A stretch of DNA of 64,000 bases from Octopus vulgaris. Lineage: Eukaryota. Positions 1 to 13,619 of this stretch are shown one piece after another. The stretch is taken from positions 54,188,001 through 54,252,000 of the forward strand of contig OX597821.1 in the NCBI GenBank assembly GCA_951406725.2. Direction: 5' to 3'. The stretch's first letter is position 1; every line of letters begins with the position of its first letter. The notes under the pieces were generated by a model. The model was not told where the DNA came from. It did not search any database and saw nothing but the letters and a program-made list of their open reading frames with translations. The translations under genes were made by a program, and so were the position numbers.

Positions 1-799
1 GCATTCAACGAATATTGTTGCTATTGCTGTTATCATTGTTATTGCTGTTTTTATCACTGTCGTTGATCTTAGCACTGATCAGTTCAAATTAAGGACCATT
101 ATATCAAAGATATTCTTTAAAAGACCATTGCATTTATTACACAAACATTTTCTAATGTGTCCTTCCATTATTTTTATGATGAAAGGAAGTAACTTAAGGA
201 AAAATTTGGTTGTTAACTGTAGCAAGTTCAGTGACCACAAACAGCAATGTTCCCAAAATTGGTGTGCTACCATACATAAGGGAAGCAAAAATTCATTTCA
301 AACATGAGGATGAAATGTTTGAATAAGAAATTAAATCTCAACTGATTTTGAATATCACTATGGAAGATTTATTATCAAAGGGATAGTTGATTACCAGATT
401 AGGAAATCCTACACTCACCTGTATATTGAAGGAATATTATCTGATTATAGAGCATTAAATGTTATCCAGGTATAGAGTACTAACTATTGTTTGTCATGAG
501 TCAGCAGTATGATAGAAGCTTAGACTTAATTGATTTAAGTCTAAACAAATCCCACCTGGATTACCTTTGATTTCATCCTGAGAGGGTTAATAGCATTAAC
601 TATTAGGTAATTATCTAATTAATTACCTGTAGTAATTATGATTTTAAATGAATTAAGTGGTTGCCATTAAATTAGTGGATAAATATTGCATCACCATAAT
701 TTTGAATGTAGGATATTTTGGCATCAGCAAGATTTTAAAGGCATTAACTAGAACAATTAACTCCTTGTGAGCATTGCTGTGATTGGTCTATCCATTTCC

Positions 800-830
<31 letters not shown>

Positions 831-1229
831 CTTTTCTACTAAAGGCACAAGGCCTCCAATTTGGAGGGAGGGACTAGTTGAATACATCAACTCCAGTGTC
901 TCACTGGTACTTAATTTAGAGACATCCCCCACCACGAAAAGGATGAAAAGCAAAATTGACCTCAGCAGAATTTATAATAATAATAACAACAACAGCAATA
1001 ACAATAATAATCATAATCCTTTTTACTATACGCACAAGGCCTGAAACTTTTAAAGGGAGCTAGTTGATTATATCAACCCCAGTGTGCAACTGGTACTTAT
1101 TTCATCAACCCTGAAAGGATAGAAGGCAAAGTTGAACTCGGTGGAATTTCAGCTCAGAATGTAAAGATGGATAAAATACCACAAAGCATTTTGCTCAGCA
1201 TGCTAACGATTCTGCCAGCTTGTCACCCT
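831..1229 (-). mobile_element. Two adjacent copies of tRNA-derived SINE family A
   Basis: Reverse complement of the repeat also at 10547, 33221, 42848 and 52138 (ggcgagctggcagaa...gagttcaaattccgccgagg...aagtaccagt), which has A/B-box-like motifs. Confidence 0.75.
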
Positions 1230-1283
1230 AATAATATTAATAATGTTGATTTCTTTTAATAATAATAATAATAATAATAATAA

Positions 1284-3435
1284 TTTGGGCAGAAGAAAAA
1301 CACACAATGAAAAGGCCCTTTTGATTGATAGAATATCTACAGACTTAGAGGAGCAAAAGTGAGAGAGTGTCAAGGTAGAAGATCTGCTCTCAAGAAGTCA
1401 AGTAAATGGAAGTCTCCAGGAAAATATAAAATTCTTAACTTCTGGTTGAATGCCTTCCCAGAGAGCCATGAACTGCTAGCAAAACTTTACAACGATGTTT
1501 TGCAACATCCTAGTAGGATGCCTCCTTGGCTAGTTAATGGGTTAACATTCCTGCTTCCAAAAAGTGAAGAAACAAATGAACCAAAAAACTATAGACCCAT
1601 AACCCGCTTAACAACTATATATAAAACGCTAACATCTGTCCTGACTGAATATACCTATAGTTTTTTAACAGACAGCAGCATATTCCCTAATGAACAGAAA
1701 GGATGTAAGCGTGGATCCTATGGTTGTAAAGATCAGCTACTCATCAACAAGATGATCTTAGAAGATTGTCACAAATGACACAAAAACTTGTCAATAGCCT
1801 AGATAGACTATAAAAATGCTTTTGATAGCCTACCACATAGCTGGATTAAGAAATGTCTGGAAATGTATAAAATAGTACCTTCTCAGCGAAACTTTTTGTC
1901 TGTAAGTATGAGATCATAGAGAACCACACTAACTTTGAATGGTGACAATGAATCTCTAAATGCTAGTGATGCAAGAATTTCATGTGGCATGTTCCAGGGT
2001 GACTCAGTCTTACCACTCCTCCTTTGTCTAACCTTAATACCTCTCTCAAAATTGCTCAATGATGCACAATGTGGTTATAAAATGCTTGATAAAAATATAA
2101 ATCATCTCATTTACATGGATGATTTAAAGCTCTTTGCAAAAAATGACCAACAACTCAAGGGCTAACTAGCAATTGTTAAACAATTCAGTGATGACATCAG
2201 GATGCAATTTGGCCTCAATAAATGTGCAAAAGCTACCTTTAACAAAGGGAAAATGACAGAAATATCTAACGTTAACCTTGACCAGCAGAATGTCATAAAA
2301 GAGTTAGAACCAGAGGAGGGCTACAAATACCTAGGGATAATTAAAGGGGATGGAATCAAACATTCAGTGATGAGAGAAAGGATCAGAAGACAATGTTATC
2401 GGAGGGTGAGAGCAATACTGAAGACAGTGCTGAATGCAAGAAACAGGATCAAAGTGATCAATGCTTTAGCCATACCAGTCATGACTTACAATTCCAATGT
2501 CATTAACTGGTTAATTACCGAAATACGTAATCTTGACAGAAAATTATTGACAATGCATAGAATGTACCACCCTAAGGCAGATATAGAACGACATTATCTG
2601 CCAAGAAAAGAGGAAGGCCATGGACATTTACAACTAGCATTAACAATGAAGATTGCTACAATCAGCTTGGACACTTACCTAAAAAACTCTGAGGACTAGA
2701 TGTTAAAACTTGTCTCAAAACATGAAAACAAGAAAGCATCATACTCAGTAATAAAACAGACAAAGGAATATCTAAGTGAATTCCAAATACAACAAATTCC
2801 AGAATTAGATGCACTAGAAACAAGTACAGAAAATGCTAAGCACATGAAAACCTGTGCTAAAACTGCTGCCTTAGATATTCTTACTGATAAATGGCAATAC
2901 CCAAAGACAGCAAATAATGTCAATGCTGACAAAGCCCTTACCCATCAATGACTAATGGCTTCTGGCTTAAAATCAGAAACAGAAGGGTTTATTATTGCAG
3001 CCCATGATCAATGCCTACTTACAAAGAACTACCAGGCTAACATATTAAAGAACAGCAGTAGTCCAACATGTCGTGTATGTCAACAACAAAATGAAACCAT
3101 TGATCATGTTGTCTCCATGTGCAGTCTTCTTGTGCCTACAGAATATGTCAACAAGCATGATAGAGCTGCATAATATATTCACTGGGTAATTTGCAAAAAC
3201 CTGAACTTGCCCCTTGATAAAAGCTGGTGGGAACACAAACCACCTCCAGTGCTTGAAAATGGTCACATCTCACTCCTCTGGAACTTCACCATTCAAACTG
3301 ACAGAAAGATAGATGCAAATAGGCCAGACATTATATTGAAAAACTTCAGACAAAAATCATACCTCCTCATTGATATGACTGTCCCAATCGATATAAATGT
3401 ATCTGTCAATACCTACCAAAAACTGAGCAAAAACT
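1284..3435 (+). mobile_element. Decayed non-LTR retrotransposon, RT plus restriction-like endonuclease (R4/Dong-type)
   Basis: Motifs KSPG, NYRPIT, EQKGCKRGSYGCKDQLLINK, GMFQGDS, YMDDLKL, CCHC knuckle CRVC..ETIDH..C, KHD and RPDI..LID, broken by multiple stops. Confidence 0.92.
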
Positions 3436-4925
3436 GAGTGCCTTAATAGTGAAATCCCTGAATTGCAGGGAGGTTTATACAGAGATGATACTCTATTTAT
3501 TATCCCTAGCAACAACAAATCGGTTATAGAAAGAATGAGGAAAATAATTAGAAAATATTTTAAAGGTTTCAACATAGGTATTACGTTTGAATATGGCACA
3601 AAGGTGGAAAGTTTTTTAGATATTACATTAGACATTAACTCAGGATTATACCACCAATACAGGAAACCAAGTGAAGTTACGAGGTATGTGAACAAATTAT
3701 CAAATCACCCCACTAATGTGTTAAAATCGGTAATCAAAAGTATTTCTAAAAGAATTACAAAATTATCAGCTAATAAAGACATTTTTAATACTCATTCTCA
3801 CCACTACAACTTCGCTTAGTCTAAGGCAGGATACGACCATGAAATTACTTTTCTTTATCCTGAAAGTATAACACCTAATAATAGTAGAAATAATGAGATT
3901 TTAAGTGAGAGGGGAAGACAAACTTACTTGGTTGAGTAAACAAACCTATTAGGAAAGCATCCAACAAATCCATCAATTTAAATAAAGAAATAAGCTAAAA
4001 TAGGGAATTAGATGCTATAAAAAGTAGGAATATTAGTTTAGATAATAAAAGTAGTAAGACGACTAGACAGGTTACTCCACCCTATAATGATAAGAAAAAT
4101 ACTGGTAATAGAGCCATACCTAATAATCAAGTCACAATTTTGGGAGGCGTAGAAAGAGCAGGTAGATTCTGCCCTTACATATGCAAGAGGTCTGAAAATA
4201 ATGATTTGATCTGGTGTAACGTTCCCTTCAACTGTACCATATCCACAAACATATATAAGAATTTTATGGCAATTTGGGAAAAAAACATCCCTGAATTTTT
4301 TCCCATAAGACAGTTAGAATCTCGTATTATATCCTCCCCAATATGGGTACCATCATAGTAAGGTTAATTAGAAAGAATATAAAATTAGGAAGAGGTGGTA
4401 ATAATAATAATATTACTGTCAACACTAAATTAAACCCTTACAATGAGAATAATATTAATGGTGACATTGGAAATAGAAACAGCAGTACTAACACTTCTAA
4501 TATATACAATATAGACTGTAACTCCAAGGTTTATATTAGCACAGTGTTTGCTGACATAATATCTGTTGATGCCGAGATGAATTTGAATGATACTATAGTT
4601 GAAGGAAGTATAAAATAATAACAGAAATAAAAATAACATGTATGATAGTACATTATTTACATCATTTACATTTGACGGATATTTGTCCTCATCTTGTTTG
4701 TTAACACAACATTTCGGCTGATATACCCTCCAGCCTTCATCAGGTGTCTTGAGGAAAGAGAAACCAGGTTCAAAATTCCCCCAAGACACCTGATGAAGGC
4801 TGGAGGGTATATCAGCCGAAACGTGTTAACAACAAACAAGATGAGGACAAATATCTGTCAAATGTAAATAATGTAAATAATATAAATAATGTACATAATT
4901 CCTCATCTCTTAAATATAGAACAAC
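3436..4925 (+). mobile_element. Penelope-like element fragment (RT C-half, linker) with inverted terminal repeat
   Basis: GGLYRDDTL, FLDITLD, YRKP..YVNKLSNHP and LIWCNVPF (IIWFNPP-like), followed by an HHR-bearing inverted repeat at 4652-4881. Confidence 0.88.
4785..4830 (+). ncRNA. Minimal type I hammerhead ribozyme motif, degenerate; mirror copy on minus strand at about 4703-4748
   Basis: gacac CTGATGA a ggctg..cagcc GAAA cg(tt)gtgtt. The consensus of the two arms gives palindromic helix III AACGTT, but each copy has a lesion there. Confidence 0.7.
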
Positions 4926-5289
4926 ATACAATAGTAGTAGTAGGATTAACAATAATAATAATAATCAGGTGGTCATGATGAGTATACTGGGCTTTATATA
5001 TTTAACCCAGTGTCACTTTGATGGCATGCACTGCTCTCTCACTCAATATTAATAATATCAATAATGATAATAACAATAACAGTAATAATAATAATTATTG
5101 TTGTTGTTGTTGTAATATTCTAATTGCCTATAAGTATTTCAACTTTAATTGGTCTTATCAGTGCTATACTAAATTAACCTTTACACTACTGATCTAAAGT
5201 TTGGAACTTAATTTAACAAAATGCCAAACAGTTCATTAAGATGAAAAATATTAAATTCATAAAGAATGCTTAAAATCAGTTTTCTGATT

Positions 5290-5774
5290 TTCATTCTGAT
5301 TTTCATTCAAATCGTGTGGCACCCATTTGTTGAGTTTTTTATATGGCTCTTTCTCAATGATGGTCTTTAATTAACCATCATCGATGACAGATGGGCATCG
5401 ACTATGCTCATGATCTTCAAGGCTCAGGTCTCCACTGTGAAATCATTTAAACCATTTTCAAGCTGACCACTCACTGGTCATTTCCTCACTAAACATTTCG
5501 TTGATATCATGAGCAGTTTCAGTTGCTTTATGTCTTTTTATGAAGTTGAATAACAAAATTGCTCAAATATCGCACTTTGATAGTTCCATTTCAGGTGATT
5601 ATAACAACTGTGAGCAAAATATCAATGTTAATTTATTGATGCATTTGGACATGTCTATGTCTGTATTATCAGACAATTGCCAAAAATGTTTTTAAAAAAT
5701 TTTTAATTCTGCAAAAATCAAGCACAAATTCTTCACAGTTCAAAATGTTGCTTACTTTTTTACTCAACCTGATA
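5290..5774 (-). mobile_element. Mariner transposon 5' fragment
   Basis: The minus strand encodes KWVPHDL (mariner WVPHEL motif), with a TIR-like end near 5774. Confidence 0.7.
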
Positions 5775-5847
5775 AATATATATGTGTATGTGTGCGTGTG
5801 TGGGGGGTATAAGTGTGTGTGTGTGTGTGTGTATTATATATATATTT

Positions 5848-6055
5848 TTTATCTTTTACCTTTCATTTGTTTCAATCATTGCATTGTCATCATGCTCAGA
5901 CAACAACTTGAAGAATTTTAGTTGAACAAATTGACCTTGGTACTTGTTTTTTTTTTTTAGCCCGGTACTTATTCTACCTGTTCTTTTGCTAAACTACTAA
6001 GTTATGGGACATAAACACACCAATACCAGTTGTAAAGTGGTGGCTTGAGACAAAA
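5848..6055 (-). mobile_element. SINE family B, partial and diverged
   Basis: Similar to the copies at 8181, 39232, 50285 and 56762. Confidence 0.65.
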
Positions 6056-7319
6056 AGCAGCTCCAGTAATGTAAGCATTGTTGCCTGCGAATACACAGTA
6101 GATGTGTTTATTTATACACGGAATTTGCTGCTAGATGGTGTCCTGGAAAAGTTCCCTACACAAGACCAAGTGTTAAAGAACACCTGAATTTCACACAGAT
6201 CGGACAAGACACGTCTATATTAATTACATTGCTACTGTCATATACTCTTGCCTATAAGATTGCTATCATTTTTATTGTTCTGTTAAATATTCAAAAAGAA
6301 CAACTAAATAGTCACATGACCTGGTCGATCTTATAGCCATATCTACCTCAAATCCATTTGTCTTGAAAGCCAACCCTTGAAATAAAGGGATTCTTGGATG
6401 GAATGGTCATGGTTGGAGCATGTTGGATCATAAGTTTGCTTAATCAGAGTTGACCAAAGACTAGAGGTAATTGAAATCTTCTTGGTCTGTTTGGTCATAG
6501 GCCCAAAAATTCACTTGTACATTTGAGCCTTTATTCCCAACAATTTAACCACATGACCATATCATTGTCTCCGATGCCACCACCACAGTCATCAGAACCA
6601 GTTCAACTCTCAGTTAGTTCAACTCACAGAATTCCTGATGTAGTAAAGACAACATTTTAATCTTAAAAACCTCCATATTTATAGAAACAAAATACTAAAA
6701 CAAAAGCAAAGGCATGAAAGGAAACAACTTAATTTTCAATTTAAATGTTTCGAATAATTTGACTGGAAGCTATATTAAACAGGTGTTGACATTACACATT
6801 GCTCAATTTATTGTTCTGAGCAAAGCACTTAGACAAAAAACATAATTTTTACAACAAAAGTACCACCCAGATGTTTTGTAGTAATGCAATAAGGTTACAA
6901 TAGCTTAATCATCACTTGGCAGAAAATAGCTGCAGGGAATAAGTATTGACGTGTACAAATTTTCTCTGGTGTGCATATATATGTATCACAGTTTATGCAT
7001 GTGTGTGTGTGTTCATTCTAATTTGTTTTTGTTTTTTGTTTTTGTTTCTGTTTTCTGATAATGAAGATAAGACTGAATGAAAAATTCATTTCAACTCAGA
7101 ATTTAGCATGTAGATTTGTTTAGAATTGTGTACTTGTAAAAGTAGACACATCTGCATCTTAATGTACAACCTTACTACCTCTTCCCCCTCTCTTTCTCTT
7201 TGTGTATTTAATATACATAGTGGTGAGAAATTCTCAAGAGAGCTGAATTAATGAAGGTCTTCAGAGAATAAAACCCCCTCATCAAGTGTTTCAGCCCTTA
7301 ATTTTTATGCTCTAAGGAG

Positions 7320-7930
7320 GTCAGGTCACATCCAGATCATGATTCCAAAGTGGCCTTCTCCTGAGACTTTTAGCCACTTGGATATCAGAGACTTGTGCAC
7401 TCAAAGCACTTGGAGATTTCATCTGGTTGAAAACTAGATGTAATCTCCAAGCTTTGAAAGTTATAGTTAAAGAAGAAATAACATTAGTTATCACAGTAGC
7501 AGAGAAATATCGACACTTCCACAATATTTCATTCATAATTACTTCCCTTAGGATTAAAATACAAAAATGTTGCTTTCAAATTCTATGGAGGTCGTTTAGT
7601 TTCTTCTCAATCATATCCGACTGGTACATTTCTTTACTGTTTCTGGTGTTGCTTTTAAGACTATTGGTCAGACTGATGTAGTTTTTATCTTGAACATGTG
7701 TGCTTCTTCCATTACACTCAAAATTAGTTACTTTGATGAACTTGAATGGAATACAATATCTGGCCTCAAACCATTCTTTCCTGGTGATTTCTGATTGTGT
7801 TTATTGATATTGGGAGGTCTGCTGAGAACTCATAGTCATTCACACCACCCAGAAGACTTCATTCCCTTGCTCCATGCCAATTGACTCCATGCCAGATGAC
7901 CCCCATGCCAGAAGACTCAATTCCCAAGCC
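7320..7930 (-). mobile_element. Possible decayed MULE-like DNA transposon
   Basis: Peptide remnants ECNGRSTHVQD and RRPLWNHDL, with short tandem subterminal repeats (ccatgcca...) at 7850-7930. Confidence 0.25.
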
Positions 7931-8180
7931 AATTGTTAATTAGTGGTGCATTTTAGTTGCAAAACCAAGTTTCTCAGTAATTACAATATCCTTCCTGTTG
8001 TGATCTATTTCCCTTATGGTTTATAAAAGTTCCCACAACAACCACGCTCATTATTCTTGATGGCATGCATTTCTCTTCCCACAAAATTGTTATGCCTTTT
8101 TCCTGAGTATGCAAAGCCAAACTTTTGTTGCACACCTTTTGTATTCATGCTGATATAACTATGGACATTTCAATACGATG

Positions 8181-8567
8181 TTACTCTCTTTATTCTTTTA
8201 TTTGTTTCAGTCATTTGACTGTGGCCATGCTGGAGCACTGCCTTTAGTTGAGCAAATCGACCCCAGGACTTATTCTTTGTAAGCCTAGTACTTATTCTAT
8301 TAGTCTCTTTTGCCGAACTGCTAAGTTACGGTTGTCAAGCGATGTTGGGAGGGACAAACACAGATGCACAAATATATACACATACATATATATGCATAAA
8401 TACGATGGGCTTCTTTCAGTTTCTGTCTACCAAATCCACTCATAAGGCTTTGGTTGGCCCGAGGCTATAGTAGAAGACACTTGCCCAAGGTGCCACGCAG
8501 TGGGACTGAACCTGGAATGATGTGGTTGGTAAGCAAACTACTTACCACACAGTCACTCCTGTGCCTA
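8181..8567 (-). mobile_element. SINE family B, near full length
   Basis: tRNA-like head (gtgactgtgtggtaagtag...ggttcagtccc) and a body shared with 39232, 50285 and 56762. Confidence 0.85.
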
Positions 8568-9695
8568 GTTATCTTTTCTCCTGATTCAATGTGTACTCTG
8601 CATTTGGGTGAGCACTCTTGTTGATTTATCATGCTCTTGATTCAATCTATTCTTGTGCTGCTAAGATCAACCCTACAGTTTCTTTCTTCAGTATGTTTTT
8701 TTTTTCTGTAGCAGTAGCCAGCTGTTCTTGCCATCCCTTATCCTCATTTTTTTTTTTTTGGTTCTTAAAAATGCTGAGCGAAGCTTTCCATGAAACTTTG
8801 ATTTCCTTTTTTTCTACTTATTCTTATTTTCTCTTTTTGGATTTCACACATTCTGTAAATAGCTATTTACTTGTTACTTTAAGAAGGAGTGTTTCTTCTT
8901 TTTCTTCCATAGAGGAACCTATACTCTTCTTTAGTTTTACGTAATATCATTTTGATTTTCATTAACCTTTTCTTCGTTTTGTTCTTTTCCATTATAACCA
9001 GCTCACATCAGATTGGGATGCATGCCCCTGTGCATTGTGAGTTGCTTCTTCACTATCCTGCTGCTGCCCTTTAGCATATCCATTCAATGATACCTGATTT
9101 ATACCTTATAACGATTTTGCCCTTCTGTTGATTGCTTGTATGATGTTTTTCACATTAAATTTGGGTTTTAGCATCTTCTTTATTCTGTGAAAAATATTGC
9201 TGAGGGTTTCTTTCATTTCTGTACTTTTGATTTTATCTTATTTTAGTAATCCCAGATATTTATGTATCTTCTGCATCAGAGGATCTTACATTCTTATCCT
9301 TTGGTGGGACTATTCCAATACAGTTTATTTGCTTCCCTGACATCACCTTTATCATTGCACATTCTTTGATTCCAAAATCATCCCAATATTGCCACAACAG
9401 ATTGCCATAAGAACACCAGTTGGATCTTATCTTCACCATAAATAGATGATAATTCATTTTTCTCTTATGCTTTCTCAATAAGGATCTTTCCTTCGGTTTG
9501 TTTAGTATTGTTCTCAATGGGAACAGTATGATTACAAACAAGATGGTAGTAAAACTACCCTCTTGAAAGATTCCGCTGCTGATCTTTATCTCCTCCTGCT
9601 TTTAACCTTATTCTCTAATGATATATTTTATTTTCAAAAAGGCATTTAATCTTTTCCAAGAACTTGAAGGCATTGTTTGATTTGGAAATGTGGGA

Positions 9696-9696
9696 T

Positions 9697-9729
<33 letters not shown>

Positions 9730-9783
9730 CATCACCACCTCCACCACCACCACCGCCACCGCCACCACCACCAACACCACCAA

Positions 9784-9821
<38 letters not shown>

Positions 9822-9825
9822 TAAT
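9696..9825. repeat. (TAC)n/(CAC)n compound microsatellite
   Basis: Read directly from the sequence. Confidence 0.95.
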
Positions 9826-9834
9826 TATTATGTT

Positions 9835-10130
9835 TTAGAAAAATATGAGATCTCTAGTATTGAAAGCATACTGTTGAGAATTCAGTGCAGATGGGCAAGA
9901 CATGCTGTTTGAATGCAAGATGAACACATTCCAAAAATTCTTTCGTATAGCCAGTAAATAGATGTATTCTGCAGTAAAGGAAGATCCCTACTAAGATAAG
10001 GGGACAAGTTGAAACAATTACTGAAATCCCTACAGCTTAATGTAACATCTCTGGAAATTAATTGCCTAGGTCAATCTAAGTGGAGTAAAATACATGATGT
10101 ATTTAGTCAATTTGAGTTGAAGAAACAGAA
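9835..10130 (+). mobile_element. RTE-clade LINE 3' fragment
   Basis: SIESILLRIQCRWARHAV*MQDEHIPK matches the RTE LRWAGHVxRMxDxRLPK motif. Confidence 0.7.
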
Positions 10131-10432
10131 CAGTAAAATAATTATATCCTGTAATCAACAGACACATTCATCCAATCCCAGGTAAAATCAAAATCATCAT
10201 TGTTTCCATTGTGACTTCATACATAGTCCAACACTTACTCGGGTGTAGTCCAGCTTTTTGCCTGTGTGGCGAGCACATTTATATGTGTTGTTTGAGTGAC
10301 AAATTTTAATGAGTATTACTTACTCAGATATAGTCTAAAACTTTGTCAAGTATTTTAGGCTCCATTTGTTGTCTCCATTCCTGATATTTTTGAATAGATT
10401 TTGGAACAGTGTTTTATCACTTGGTGTTCTCT

Positions 10433-10546
<114 letters not shown>

Positions 10547-10750
10547 AGGTGGCAAGCTGGCAGAATCATTAGCATGCTAGGTAAAATGCTTAGTGTCATT
10601 TCATCTGTCTTTACATTCTGAGTTCAAATTCTGCCAAGGGTCAACTTTGCCTTTCTTCTTTTCAGAGTTGATAAAATAAGTACCAGTGAAGCACTGGGGT
10701 CGACTAGTCTCCTCCCCCAAAATTTCAGACCTTGTGACAATAGTGAAAAG
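10547..10750 (+). mobile_element. SINE family A
   Basis: ggtggcaagctggcagaatc...gagttcaaattctgcc...aagtaccagt. Confidence 0.8.
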
Positions 10751-10751
10751 G

Positions 10752-10794
<43 letters not shown>

Positions 10795-10929
10795 TTGACC
10801 CTTGTGGCCAATAAAGAAACAATTATCATTATTATTATTATTGTTGTTGTCATTATTAACTGATGAAGATTTATGAAGGTTGACATAATTTTTCATGAAG
10901 GTAAATAAACAATATATATAACAAAACAC

Positions 10930-11560
10930 TGACTGACTTAGATTTTTGAATGGAACACTATTTCAACATTATCTGTCTTCTTCAGGTCTAAAATAACAAT
11001 GGAAAAAAAATAAGGAAAAATGAAAAATTCTCAGAAATGCAGAGATCTAAAATTTCAACTGGATGATCCTCATTCTTCCTAGACAAAACAACATATCAAA
11101 CAGTCTTGCAAATGACACAACGAAAAATTCGCTATGCATGCCAAACTTTCAGGCATAGTTATCACAGTCACAGTAAAATTTCTGACCAAATTCCTTTAGT
11201 TATTAACTGGCACCAAAATTTCAATGGCATTTCAAAAGTGTTACAAAGCAGTTATCAACATTTCATAAAAATATCCGTTTCAAAGAAATATTTCCTGATT
11301 TCATATTGTTATCTTTAGACATAACAAAATTATCAACTAGCATTTCTGATTATCATCAAAATTTCATTGATATTTCTGAATTCTGCACTCCTAAAAACAG
11401 TTGCAAAAAAAGCAAGCTCTTTTAATTGCACAACTGCATGAATCAGATCAACTTTATCCCAAATTCTAAACAAAATCTTTTTCCAGTTCTTTATCATCCA
11501 CTTGAAAATCCCCAAGAATGGTAATATTTGTTATCTTGGTTTCCTTTGCCATTTTCATCA
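10930..11560 (-). mobile_element. Highly decayed PLE 3' remnant with degenerate HHR
   Basis: QILPFLG remnant near 11520. Minus strand reads gac CTGAAGA a gaca..tgtt GAAA at 10985 to 10961. Confidence 0.4.
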
Positions 11561-11569
11561 ATTACAATA

Positions 11570-12630
11570 ATGTCTGGTCACCAAGCATCAATCACTGAAT
11601 CACCCTGGATTGTAAAAAGCTACAAGATCTTATACCCATGACACCTTCTGGTTTATGCTTGTGCCATTTCAATGTCTTTTCAAAACAACTCTTCTCACAC
11701 ACTCCCCAATGAACATCCTTAACTATGTCACCACATCCTTAGCTATGCTACCATGCCTCCTTTTGTATTCCTTTCAAGCCAGTTTGCTACACTCATTCCC
11801 AATGTGTGAGACTTCCATTTTTTGATGCCACACATCCTAAAAAGGGGTGGTACAGGTACACTACTCTTATTTATTTGGGACTTAGAGTAATTAGTTTTCT
11901 GATCTTGTTCCTGAGCACTGCTTATCAAGTGCCCTTATATGCTAAGAATCCTCCTAAGTGTCTTAGCTGTTTCTAATAACTCTGTTTTCTGGAGCTGTAC
12001 TAAACTGGGTTTTACACCTATTCCCACTATCCATCAGTTCAAATTTTTAGGGATAGTTCCCAATGCACCTATAACTACTGTGCAAATTTTCGGATTATTT
12101 TTTCTTAGCATCTCCAGGTGTTGGTGTTGTCTTTTTCCCATTTTTCTGAGGTATTGCCCATGCACTGCATTATTGTTGTTCTCAATCTTGCTTCCATAAA
12201 TTTCTTTTTGTGTATGTCACATTTTCACTAGGTATCATGCTGCTATTTCTAACAGCAGCAACCAAAGGTTCAATCAGCCATTTGATGTACCATACCAGAA
12301 TATTTTCCTCATTGACAACACAGACCTTGCATCCTATGAGGCCCCTGCCTCTATTGTATCTAGACACACACATCATCATCATCGATATTGATTTGAGGGT
12401 ACAGTTCCTTGTTCATTGTCAGCACCTCCCTGGTTTTCCCATCCATTTCCTCAAGCTTATTCTTTGTCCATTTAACAATACTGTGCCATATTGCATTAAG
12501 AAGACAGCTCATGTATTCATTGCCTTGGTTTTGTTGTTTCCATCGAGTCTACTCTCTGTAATTAATTGGATTCTTCTGAGATATTCTTGCCTAAAGCTTC
12601 CTGTCATCTCACTCCCCTTGATTTCGTCAC
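11570..12630 (-). mobile_element. Rearranged R4/Dong-type LINE fragments
   Basis: ISSAQEQ, LQKTELLETAKTLRRIL and EYLRRIQLITESRLDGNNKTKAMNT are homologous to parts of the 1284-3435 element family. Confidence 0.7.
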
Positions 12631-12780
12631 TCTGCAAAATAACTCCCTTGTACTCGCATGTGTATATATTTATAGATATACATAGAGCAAAAAGCCTCTC
12701 TCTCATCTTTCACTCCCACTTTCACTTTCTCACTGATCACTAGTGTATATATATGTGTGTGTGTGATCATCATACATACA

Positions 12781-12829
<49 letters not shown>

Positions 12830-12978
12830 GATATGTATATATACATACACACACACAGTTTACAAATTTATCAACAACTTGCAATGATGTTATTTCCCTG
12901 ATCACAACTCCTTACTTTAATCATAGAAGTTCAAAAATCTTTGGTTATCTTACTTCACATGTATGTATATTTAGTTTA

Positions 12979-13036
<58 letters not shown>

Positions 13037-13619
13037 CATAGAGCAAAAAGACTCCTCTCTCTCTCTCTCTATCTCTTTCTCTCTCTCTCTCTTTCTCTCT
13101 CTCACTCTTTGCCTTACTTCCTCACTGACTACTAATGTGTATATGTGTGTGTGTGTGTGTGTGTATACATACTTATATATACACTCACTATTGTCAAATT
13201 TGTCAATTAGTTGCAATGATGATTTTTTTCTCTGATCACAACTTCAAACTTTCTATTTTAATCTTGTAATCTGAGAAACTTTTGGTTCTCTGACTTCAAA
13301 CTTCTCTCGCTCCCTTGCTCAGCAACACCCTGCCTGAACTTTACTTCAGGCCAATGCACCTACCCAACCCACTGCTTCCGCCGCCATTTACAATATACTC
13401 TTGCACAGTGAAGCACACATGCTCTCCTGCCATCACTCTCCTTTATTTCCCTTCTTTCTTTCTTTCCATTACATCTGTCTATGTACCATATTTAGTCAGG
13501 TATGTGACACTCATCCCTTCATCATCACCATAATTTAAGATATGAAAGGAATCACTAATGTCAGGTCATTGGTGACTAAACCTGCATCTTGAGAGAGCTT
13601 GCTCTGTGAGGTGTCCTGT

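Noticed and set aside
6056-6215. GC-richer insert truncating a SINE, open in some frames
   Set aside because: No convincing splice sites or recognisable motifs. It may be an LTR fragment but I cannot call it.
8900-9660. Possible decayed LINE on the minus strand
   Set aside because: Only faint motif traces, not enough to assign a family.
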